Positions 8,655 to 16,030 of a stretch of DNA of 32,000 nt are shown here, one piece after another. This DNA is from Thermofilum pendens Hrk 5. Lineage in GTDB: Archaea; Thermoproteota; Thermoprotei; Thermofilales; Thermofilaceae. Location: NCBI RefSeq assembly GCF_000015225.1, contig NC_008698.1, positions 1,440,001-1,472,000 on the forward strand. The letters are read 5' to 3'. Position 1 is the stretch's first letter. The number at the start of each line of letters is the position of its first letter. The notes under the pieces are model-generated. The model searched no databases. It was not told where the DNA came from and saw nothing but the letters and a program-made list of their open reading frames with translations. Position numbers and translations under genes: made by a program.

Positions 8655-10703
8655 CTAGTCGAGGGGTATTTCGCCTACTTTCTCAAGGGTGCTGGAGGAG
8701 TACACATTGACGGATGCCTGCGACACCGTGAATACCTCGTCTGGAGTGTACACTGTCCTCAGGGCGCCCGGGTGCTCCAGTAGCTTCACGAAGGAGAGCC
8801 TCCCATTCTTGACTTCGACCACCATTACGCCGCCGGACCCCGTGTACCAGAGGCTGACGGGTATGTACGCCCTCCCGTTGCTCGGGTCGAAGCTGAACGC
8901 GTGGTGGTCGGACGTTACGGGGGACGAGGCGGCGATAGTGACCGTGGAGGCCTCCCTTATAGCCTTCGGGTCGGAGACGTCGAAGAGGGATACCTTGAGC
9001 CTCCTATCGTCTGTGAAGCCCACCCCTAGGAGTAGCTTGCCGGTGACGGGGTGTAGGTACTCGCTGAAGCCGGGAGCCTTCACGTAGCCGAGAACGCGCG
9101 GGCTGGACGGGTCCGAGAGGTCCACTGCGAAGAGCGGGTCGACCTGCCTGTAGGTAACTAGGTACATCGTGCTCCCGACGAGCCTCGAGGCGTAGACTCT
9201 CTCGCCGGGGGCTAGCCCGGTGAGGTTGCCCTTGACCTTCAGGTCCTCTAGGCTTACGGAGAAAACGTTGTTAGAGGTGTCCGCCGCGGGCTCCACGCCC
9301 ACGTAGACTATAGGCCTGCCGGCGCGTAGCGAGGTGGGTTGCACTGTGATCGGCACGACGATTTCGCGGCACGAGCCACCGCTACAAACCTCCACCGTTA
9401 CGTTGCGGCTTGGGGGGCTCGGGGGCGTAATGAGCGTCTTCGCAATCGAGGCTCTCACCCTCCACTCCCCCGAGGTCGTGGCTACGACGAAGTAGCCGCC
9501 GAGCTCCTCCATCGAGAACTGGTCGAGAACCCTCCCGGGTACCTCGACGGAGCCCCGGTAGCTGACCTTCAGCCCGCTGACGGCGAAGACCTTGAAGATC
9601 GTCTTGTCCGGTATCGGCGGGACCTCTGCTGCAGCCTTCTCCAGAATATCCCTCGCTACATCGTAGCTCACCGAGGATAGGTAGTCCTCCAGCGCGTTGA
9701 GAGCTTCGCCGAGCAACCCTTGAAAAGCCAGCCCGGAGACCCTGCCGGAGACGCCGCCGGGTAGGCGCTTGGACACAGCTTCCAGGAACTCTTTGAGGGC
9801 CTCCTCGTATACTGATGGGTAGGACGCGACGTAGAGCCTGTTCTCGCCCATGTAGATCCAGCTACTCGGGGCTGAGGTGAACGCGTACGCCGAGTGCTTC
9901 CCCGTGGAGAGGTCCATGCAGAGGAGCACCAGGTACCAGGATGCCGACGGGTCTATCTTCGCGACCGAGCCTGGCGGTATGGGCTCGCCGTCTACCAGCG
10001 GGAGCTTTACCTCTAGGGGCGCGGACGTGAGGATGTACACCACGCCGCCCAGCATGCGCGCGCCGAGCGGGTAGCCAGACACCGAAGAGGAGTACAGAAG
10101 CCTGGGGCTAGACGGATCCTCGATAGAGTACACCAGGAGCGTCGTGTTGGCAACGCCGCCCAGGTAGGGGGGACTCCCGGCTCCCGGGAGGACTACGAGG
10201 GGTCTGATCAGTGGCGTCGACGTTATCACGGCGAGCCTAGACCCCTCCAGGAAGAGGCCGAAAACCTGGGACCCAGCTGAGATCTTGCCGAGAACCTTTC
10301 TCTCGGCGATCCCCACGATGTAGACCTCCGACCCCCTCGCTACAGCTATTACCCCGCTACCTGCCTTCACGATGTCCGGCTCGTCCACCCCGACTACCTG
10401 GACGTTCGTCTTCGATACCTCCGCGGTTGCCGCCCGCGTAGCTTCGGTGGGGAGCACGGCGCCCGCCGTGTAGGCCCGAGCTGTTTCCAGTGCCTTCAAC
10501 CTGGACTCCGCGAAGTCCAGGATTTCCTTCAGGGACGCGAACGTCTCGCCACCCAGCGGGTAGAACTCGAGGAGCCGCTGGCCCCGGGCGCCAGTCTCAG
10601 CCGTGGGGGCCGCGCGGGGCCCCAGCGCTACGTAGAGCGCGAAGGGTGTGAGCGCGCCGATAAGGGCTAGCAACACTACGGCTACGAGCATCCTCCTATC
10701 CAA
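8655..10703 (-). CDS. Secreted or membrane-anchored beta-propeller domain protein (Beta_propel/PF09826-like)
   Basis: N-terminal TM/signal segment (MLVAVVLLALIGALTPFALYVAL). The motif SKTNVQVVGVDEPDIVKAGSG is typical of this family, and the rest is a long beta-rich body. Confidence 0.7.
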   Translation of the reverse strand: MDRRMLVAVVLLALIGALTPFALYVALGPRAAPTAETGARGQRLLEFYPLGGETFASLKEILDFAESRLKALETARAYTAGAVLPTEATRAATAEVSKTNVQVVGVDEPDIVKAGSGVIAVARGSEVYIVGIAERKVLGKISAGSQVFGLFLEGSRLAVITSTPLIRPLVVLPGAGSPPYLGGVANTTLLVYSIEDPSSPRLLYSSSVSGYPLGARMLGGVVYILTSAPLEVKLPLVDGEPIPPGSVAKIDPSASWYLVLLCMDLSTGKHSAYAFTSAPSSWIYMGENRLYVASYPSVYEEALKEFLEAVSKRLPGGVSGRVSGLAFQGLLGEALNALEDYLSSVSYDVARDILEKAAAEVPPIPDKTIFKVFAVSGLKVSYRGSVEVPGRVLDQFSMEELGGYFVVATTSGEWRVRASIAKTLITPPSPPSRNVTVEVCSGGSCREIVVPITVQPTSLRAGRPIVYVGVEPAADTSNNVFSVSLEDLKVKGNLTGLAPGERVYASRLVGSTMYLVTYRQVDPLFAVDLSDPSSPRVLGYVKAPGFSEYLHPVTGKLLLGVGFTDDRRLKVSLFDVSDPKAIREASTVTIAASSPVTSDHHAFSFDPSNGRAYIPVSLWYTGSGGVMVVEVKNGRLSFVKLLEHPGALRTVYTPDEVFTVSQASVNVYSSSTLEKVGEIPLD

Positions 10704-10818
10704 GGCTTTTCACCGCGATTTCTACGCCGGGCACCCTTATCACTCTGCTCTTCGAACAACACCGTTCAGGCCGCCGTACAGCTGTAAGTTCATATTCGTA
10801 CGCGCGCTGTGTACATGT

Positions 10819-11217
10819 ATGTCCGGTGAGCCGGAGCTGTCTGGGACAGCCCTGAGAATATACCTGGAGTTACTCCAGTCAGGGGAAATGGGGGTGCGGG
10901 AGCTTGCGCGGGAGCTCGGGCTACCCCCGAGCACCGTTCACTACCACTTGAACCGCTTGGAGGACCTGGGGCTCGTGAAGAAGGGGGAGGACGGCTACAC
11001 CGTGGCTAAGCGTATAAAGCTCAAGGACTACGTGTTCATAGGTAGCAGGGCTTTCCACAGGCTCCTGCTCTACTCGGCGTTCTTCCTCGGCCTCTCGGCC
11101 GGGGAAGCTCTGCTAACGCTACAGGGCGGAGAGCTGAACCCAGACCGCGCCGCCGCAATCCTCGCCTCGCTACTCAGCGGGCTAGCATTCCTCCACGAAT
11201 ACCTCAGGGCTAGGTGA
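10819..11217 (+). CDS. Membrane-tethered winged-helix (ArsR-like) transcriptional regulator
   Basis: wHTH segment LRIYLELLQSGEMGVRELARELGLPPSTVHYHLNRLEDLGLVKK is followed by two hydrophobic helices (LLLYSAFFLGLSAGEALL, AAAILASLLSGLAFL). I prefer ATG 10819. The track start 10648 would overlap the divergent gene. Confidence 0.7.
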   Translation: MSGEPELSGTALRIYLELLQSGEMGVRELARELGLPPSTVHYHLNRLEDLGLVKKGEDGYTVAKRIKLKDYVFIGSRAFHRLLLYSAFFLGLSAGEALLTLQGGELNPDRAAAILASLLSGLAFLHEYLRAR

Positions 11218-11316
11218 AAGCGTTCGATAAGGAACTTCCACTCAAGCTAGAAGCACGTGACCTTGTCGAGAGGCTGAATAAGAGAACTTTATACGGTTAT
11301 TGTAATAACCCACGAT

Positions 11317-11565
11317 ATGAGGTTCGCGGCGGAGACTGCGCGGAGAACGATACTCATGGCGAACGGGGAGAAGGTGCTCGACGGAAACACCCGGGAGGTA
11401 CTCACGGCGCTCGACGTTCTCAGAAAGGCCGCCATAAAGCCGCCGCAGATAGTCCAGTTGTGCTACGAGCTACGCAAGGCAGGCATCGAGCTGAACGCCC
11501 TAACGATACAGGAAGCAGTAGAGGAGATCGTAAGAGCTTACAGGTCGCGCGTAAACAGAGGCTAG
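11317..11565 (+). pseudogene. 5'-truncated remnant of an ECF/CbiO-type ABC ATPase (C-terminal region only)
   Basis: The 82-aa ORF RRTILMANGEKVLDGNTREVLTALDVLRKAAIKPPQIVQLCYELRKAGIELNALTIQEAVEEI matches the post-H-loop and C-terminal helical region of EcfA-type ATPases. No Walker A, signature or Walker B is present. The frame is closed upstream by TGA at 11275. Confidence 0.55.
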
Positions 11566-12050
11566 CGTTGCAGGTTCCTCAGCGCTTCAGCCACAGCCTT
11601 TACCAGCCTTTCGACCTCCCGCAATGCGTCCTCAACGTCCTCCCTGGTGGCCAAGCCCTCGTAGAAGTTAACGTGCATGGAGCTCGCAAGCATGAACGCA
11701 ACCCTAACCCAGCCGCCGAGCCTCCTCGCTACCCGATCCTTGTATACCCACAGCTCCGCGTGCGACTCCAGCCTTCTCCCCTCCGTGGCCAAAGCATAGG
11801 CCTTAATGGCGAGAGCGCAAGCCCCCCAGACCTTCTCACCCGCCTGCCTGAGGTCACCCTTGCTGAGCTCCTCCCTAGCCTGCTGAAGCAACCGGAGGGA
11901 GGCTTCGAGGTACTTCTCGGAGGCAACCTCCGGGTCGAGGAACCTAAGCACGGAGTCAGCGAGGTACTCGTCTGTGCTGACACCGAGCGCCGACGCCCTC
12001 TTCGCGATTTCCTCGACCACTGCTCTCGGTAAAACGACCGTCTCGGACAT
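11562..12050 (-). CDS. PaREP1-family protein with an RHH-like N-terminal extension
   Basis: The PaREP1 core is LLQQAREELSKGDLRQAGEKVWGACALAIKAYA...SSMHVNFYEG. The N-terminal TVVLPRAVVEEIAKRASALGVSTDEYLADSVLRFL fits a strand-helix-G-x-S/T-helix ribbon-helix-helix pattern. RRLESH fits an Rx4H spacing. Confidence 0.75.
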   Translation of the reverse strand: MSETVVLPRAVVEEIAKRASALGVSTDEYLADSVLRFLDPEVASEKYLEASLRLLQQAREELSKGDLRQAGEKVWGACALAIKAYALATEGRRLESHAELWVYKDRVARRLGGWVRVAFMLASSMHVNFYEGLATREDVEDALREVERLVKAVAEALRNLQR

Positions 12051-12067
12051 TGCTACCTCTTATACCC

Positions 12068-12091
12068 GCGCTAAGTACTTATGCTTAGCGC
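12068..12091. promoter_or_regulatory. Perfect 8-bp-arm inverted repeat upstream of the RHH-PaREP1 gene
   Basis: GCGCTAAG (12068-12075), an 8-nt spacer, then CTTAGCGC (12084-12091). It lies immediately upstream of a TATA-like TATAAG (minus strand, about 12056-12064) and the ATG at 12050. Confidence 0.3.
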
Positions 12092-12185
12092 ATACAAGCA
12101 CGCGCCTCAACCCCCTCTAAGTCTGGCTTCCATCGCTGAAAATTTATACTGTTAAGCCTTCTTTCTAAAGTGGGCGGTGGTGGCT

Positions 12186-12464
12186 ATGGACGCCGTCTTC
12201 CAGGTTTTGATCGCCCTAGTAGCGGCGAGCGTAGTGCTTGTCCTCGTTGGCTTCATACTGGTAGCCCTCTCGGCCCTCAGAGGCTCCCCCGGAGAGTCGA
12301 AAGTCGAGGCGGGAGGAGTGCTCGTCGTCGGACCCATACCGGTTATCTTCGGGTCTAGCCCCGAGGCCGCCAGGAAGGTCGCCTACCTCGCCATAGCCAT
12401 AATGTTCCTCTCCGTGTTCCTGCTGATCCTCCTCAACTTCCTGAGAGGGGTGGCTCCCAGGTGA
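12186..12464 (+). CDS. Small membrane protein, DUF131/TIGR00304-like
   Basis: Two to three TM helices and the motif AGGVLVVGPIPVIFGSS. TATA-like AATTTATA at 12141-12148 and GGTGG lie before ATG 12186. The track start is GTG 12177. Confidence 0.55.
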   Translation: MDAVFQVLIALVAASVVLVLVGFILVALSALRGSPGESKVEAGGVLVVGPIPVIFGSSPEAARKVAYLAIAIMFLSVFLLILLNFLRGVAPR

Positions 12465-12736
12465 GGAAGCTGGAGGAGCTCGGTTTTTCGCTCGTAGCGC
12501 TCGGCTTCCTGCTAGCTGTAGCGTCGATCCTAGCCCTCGCCGCCTACTCGTTTATCGCGTCGCCGGCGTCCGTGGGGTTCGCGGGCTGCGTAGTCATAGG
12601 CTTCGTGCCGCTATGCTTCGGGTACGGCTCCTCCGCCGGGCTTGTGCTCGCCCTCCTCGCGGTAGCCCTGACGGCCCTCGTAGCCTTAGCTGTACTCGCG
12701 TGGCTGTGGCTACGCCCGAAGGGCTACTCCTCCTGA
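12461..12736 (+). CDS. Small membrane protein, diverged DUF131-like paralog
   Basis: GTGA start/stop overlap with the upstream gene. The related motif is GCVVIGFVPLCFGYGSS, and there are three hydrophobic helices. Confidence 0.5.
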   Translation: MRKLEELGFSLVALGFLLAVASILALAAYSFIASPASVGFAGCVVIGFVPLCFGYGSSAGLVLALLAVALTALVALAVLAWLWLRPKGYSS

Positions 12737-12969
12737 TACCTCACGTAGTCGGGGTTGTAGCCGTTCTCGGATAGAAGGCCCTCGAGGTCCTCTACCTCGA
12801 CTACGTAGTCCTCCTTCTTCTCGTCGTACCCCAGAACCCTTATGCCCATCTCGAGAACGTCCTCGCCCCTGCTCAGCCTGTCCTCTATCTCCATGAGCTC
12901 CTCGTCGGAGATGAGCTCGCACTTCTCGAGGTATCCTAGGAGCTTCCTCAGGGCCATCCTCCTAGCCAA
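12724..12969 (-). CDS. Hypothetical small acidic protein
   Basis: An 81-aa ORF with non-degenerate composition (LISDEELMEIEDRLSRGEDVLEMGIRVLGYDEKKEDYVVEVEDL). TATA-like CTTTATAG lies on the minus strand about 40 bp upstream. I recognise no family. Confidence 0.45.
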   Translation of the reverse strand: MARRMALRKLLGYLEKCELISDEELMEIEDRLSRGEDVLEMGIRVLGYDEKKEDYVVEVEDLEGLLSENGYNPDYVRYQEE

Positions 12970-13077
12970 CGCCCACCTACCCTCGACGCTTAGATAACAG
13001 TGGGAGCTATAAAGATAGCGTACAAGACCCCCTCTAACTGCTCCGCGCGCCGTACCGAGGAGAGAGAGAAAAAAGCC

Positions 13078-14268
13078 TTACTCCTCGCCTCCCTTCTTGA
13101 AGAAGACCACGTAGATCATGTACCCGGCTGCCGCGAAGAGCACGAGCACGCCCAGCACTGTTGCCGCGTAGAGCGCCGGATCCTGGGCTAGTGGGCTGAC
13201 ATTTTCAAGGTTTAACGCTCGCGTGAGGATGGTCCTGTAGGGTTCCGGGAGCTTGTCGGCTATAAGGGGAGCGTTAGCTACGAAGAACGGGTACTGGCTG
13301 AAGGCGTTGAGGTATTCCCCTGTAAGCACGGTTAGGGCAGCCGCTACTGCCGCGGTTATGGTTGCCTTGTAGCCCGCCGGGGATTCTAGGAGGCTTTCTC
13401 CCTTGCCGCGCGGGAGCAGCACCAGTAGCAGTGCGGCGCCCTGCACAGCTACGAGAACCATCTTCACGAGGAAGAGCCAGGCGTAGTTAGACGTTGTAGG
13501 TGCTGGTAGCGAGGCGCCCAGCGGGGCGAAGATATTGTTGAACTTCACAGGGACGTTCACTAGGGAGACTGCGTACCAGGCGCCTAGGAACATCATCGCG
13601 AAGAGAAGCATCGAGGCGTAGCGGAGGCTGAAGACGTACAACCCCCTCTCAGCGTCCGTCAAGGCTGTCCTAAGCCCCTTGAACGCCAGTACCGCCGCTA
13701 CGAAGAGGAAGCCAGCAACGAGGGCGCCTACCACGCTTTTAAGGTAGAGCGGCGGGAACGTCGGGTTGAGAAGCGCCTGAACTACGTTGAGGCTCGGCTT
13801 CTCCCCGAGAACGAGCCCCGCGGGCGTGTTGAGAAAAGCGAAGACAGCCCTGAAGCCTAGCGGTATCGTGTACGCTGTGGCCGCTAGTAGCCAGCCTACG
13901 GCCTCGTGGACCTTCGGGCTGAACCTGTCCCAGCCGTACCAGAACGCGACTATGGCGAAGAAGTGGAGCATAATGGATACAATCGATATGCCGAATGGTA
14001 CCATCGTCAGGTTCCCGGCTACGCCGACGAATTCTGGGTAGAAGCTCGCCAGGAAAACTGTGAACGCCGTACCCATGACTCCCGCCAGCCCGTACGTAGC
14101 CGCGTACACTTTGAACAAGGAGCGCGCCACGCCTTCTAGCCCCTTGTCACCGAGCGCCCTAGACCTCTTGACGAGGAGCGGCACTATCGTCGAGAGCGCT
14201 ATCCCTATATTCACTGCAACGATGTGTACCCCGAATACCAGCGCCATGAAGAGCACGGGGGCGTTCAT
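13078..14268 (-). CDS. Cytochrome bd oxidase second subunit of the CydA-paralog (CydA') type rather than canonical CydB
   Basis: ATGA overlap with the upstream cydA. The sequence contains WYGWDRFSPKVHEAVGWLLA and LNPTFPPLYLKSV, which resemble CydA helix 3-5 motifs. I see no CydB-like DGFD N-terminal motif. It is polytopic, with about 9-10 TM helices. Confidence 0.6.
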   Translation of the reverse strand: MNAPVLFMALVFGVHIVAVNIGIALSTIVPLLVKRSRALGDKGLEGVARSLFKVYAATYGLAGVMGTAFTVFLASFYPEFVGVAGNLTMVPFGISIVSIMLHFFAIVAFWYGWDRFSPKVHEAVGWLLAATAYTIPLGFRAVFAFLNTPAGLVLGEKPSLNVVQALLNPTFPPLYLKSVVGALVAGFLFVAAVLAFKGLRTALTDAERGLYVFSLRYASMLLFAMMFLGAWYAVSLVNVPVKFNNIFAPLGASLPAPTTSNYAWLFLVKMVLVAVQGAALLLVLLPRGKGESLLESPAGYKATITAAVAAALTVLTGEYLNAFSQYPFFVANAPLIADKLPEPYRTILTRALNLENVSPLAQDPALYAATVLGVLVLFAAAGYMIYVVFFKKGGEE

Positions 14269-15890
14269 TCACCACCACCCCTCAGGGAGGGCGCGAGGAG
14301 GATCCTCCAAGACGCGTAGATGAGAGCGGCGAGCACCCCTAGGAAGATCGAGGCTACGACCGCGTACTCGGCGGCGCCGGCCGGATTAGCCGTGTGCGCG
14401 ACGTCGACCGTCATGACGCCGTATATCGTCCAAGGCTTCCTGCCCATCTCCCTGACAGCCCACCCGAGGAAGGAAACGGCGTGGGCAATCACGGGGGACA
14501 CGGCAAACCCGTACAGCGTCAGCCTACCCGGAGCCCTCCCCGTGTAGATAAGCACCGTCCCGGCTAGCGCGAGTAGCCCTAGGAGCAACGAGAGCCCTAT
14601 CTTCGAGTAGTAGAGGTAATGCAGGATCAAGGGCGGCCTGCAGTCCTGTACCGGCGGCAGGTTGTCGAGCCTACAGTAGTCGACCGGTATCTCGTCGTAT
14701 GAAGGCATCGCGGCGCCGGGGTTCCCGAATATTATCGCCTTCATCAAGGACTCTATCCCGAGCGCCCTGGGGATGCTCAGCACAGCCTTGCTCGTACCCT
14801 CCATCGCCGCGAGCTTCTCCGGGTTGTACTTCGCTATCTCCGTCCCTATAACGTGCCCGAAGACGGCGCCTTGCACGGCCACGGCGACCAGGGAGAATAC
14901 CACCCCGAAGCGCAGGCCGTCCGCGTAGTACTTGGACTCCCTTCTGGAGAGCAGGGACAGGAGGGCGTAGGCTCCCGCGATGGTGAAGCCCGTTACTGTG
15001 AGCGCCGCCCCGACGGCGTGCAGAAAGCTTCCAACAAAGACAGGGGACTTGAAAGTCACTGTAGTGTAGCCGACGGTTCTAACAGTCTCCGTGAGCACAG
15101 CGTCTACGACGTCTTTTACCAGCGTGGCTTTAAGGCTTGGAAGAGCCTCGGGCTTCACCACTAGTGCCAGCACGCTCTCCCCCACGGTTCTACCTCCCCA
15201 CGCCTCGTAGGCGAGGCGCGCTACGATCCTCGAGGGCATGTACACCGCGACTCCCCCGCCTACCCGCCCGACGACCTCCATACCCAGCGACTGGAGCTTC
15301 CCGACGTCCAGAGCGTCTACGAGCCGCTCCGGGACTACTAGGAGAATTTTGGGGTACCCCTGCGAGTAGAGCCAGCCGGCTTCCTGGCTGAAGGCTGGCG
15401 AGACCCCCGTCGGAGCCACCATGTAGCTATTCACGCTCATAATCATCGCTCCGCTCAGCCAGGCGCCGAGAAGCGCCAGGAAGGCTACCGCTATCCTGCC
15501 GTTAAGGGATAGCTTGCCCCAGCCGAAGACCAGCAGGTAGATGAAGGTTATCTCCGTTAGGAAGGCGAATATCTCTACGTAGAGCGGGAAGTAGATGTAC
15601 CTCCCGGCGGCCTCCAAAAGGTTCGGCCATATCACGAGGAGCCCGAACTCCGAAGCCGTACCGCTAGCTGCTCCCACGGCGAACACTAGTCCGAGGGCCT
15701 TCGCCGATGTCCTGGCGAGCTTGAGCCAGCTCTCGTTAGCAGTCCTCTTGTAGGCTAAGAGGGCGACGAGGATTACCAGCGGTAGCCCGAGTACGTACTG
15801 GAGGATGAACCAGTGGATCTCTATGCCTATTATCGATAGAATTCTGTCGATCGCAGCAGGGTAGCTCAACCACTGCTCTAAAAGGTTCAT
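14265..15890 (-). CDS. cydA: Cytochrome bd-type quinol oxidase subunit I
   Basis: CydA motifs are FGWGKLS, NPEKLAAMEG (QPxKLAAxE-type) and REMGRKPWTIYG (GRQPW-type). I prefer ATG 15890, preceded by AGGTGA, over the track's TTG 15914. Confidence 0.8.
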   Translation of the reverse strand: MNLLEQWLSYPAAIDRILSIIGIEIHWFILQYVLGLPLVILVALLAYKRTANESWLKLARTSAKALGLVFAVGAASGTASEFGLLVIWPNLLEAAGRYIYFPLYVEIFAFLTEITFIYLLVFGWGKLSLNGRIAVAFLALLGAWLSGAMIMSVNSYMVAPTGVSPAFSQEAGWLYSQGYPKILLVVPERLVDALDVGKLQSLGMEVVGRVGGGVAVYMPSRIVARLAYEAWGGRTVGESVLALVVKPEALPSLKATLVKDVVDAVLTETVRTVGYTTVTFKSPVFVGSFLHAVGAALTVTGFTIAGAYALLSLLSRRESKYYADGLRFGVVFSLVAVAVQGAVFGHVIGTEIAKYNPEKLAAMEGTSKAVLSIPRALGIESLMKAIIFGNPGAAMPSYDEIPVDYCRLDNLPPVQDCRPPLILHYLYYSKIGLSLLLGLLALAGTVLIYTGRAPGRLTLYGFAVSPVIAHAVSFLGWAVREMGRKPWTIYGVMTVDVAHTANPAGAAEYAVVASIFLGVLAALIYASWRILLAPSLRGGGE

Positions 15891-16030
15891 GCGCTCACCT
15901 TTTTCATTCAACAAAATTATGAAGTAATCGTAATAAAAATCTTTGGTTTACTTTCTGAACTCTAAACGTTCACCTCTTCGAGGAAAAAGCCTACCCGCAA
16001 AGGTAGAAACCTTTTAAGCCTAGGGGCGCA

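Noticed and set aside
10648-10818. N-terminal extension of the wHTH ORF; a similar case is 26351-26494 for the NifX-like ORF
   Set aside because: Both extensions overlap the divergent upstream gene or promoter and add non-homologous sequence. Internal starts give canonical family N-termini with TATA-like boxes at appropriate distances.
11214-12032. 272-aa plus-strand ORF spanning the ATPase remnant and the antisense of the PaREP1 gene
   Set aside because: The product is Arg/Gly/Pro-rich nonsense. The PaREP1 frame on the opposite strand has clear family motifs, and the ATPase-like fragment lies in a different plus-strand frame.
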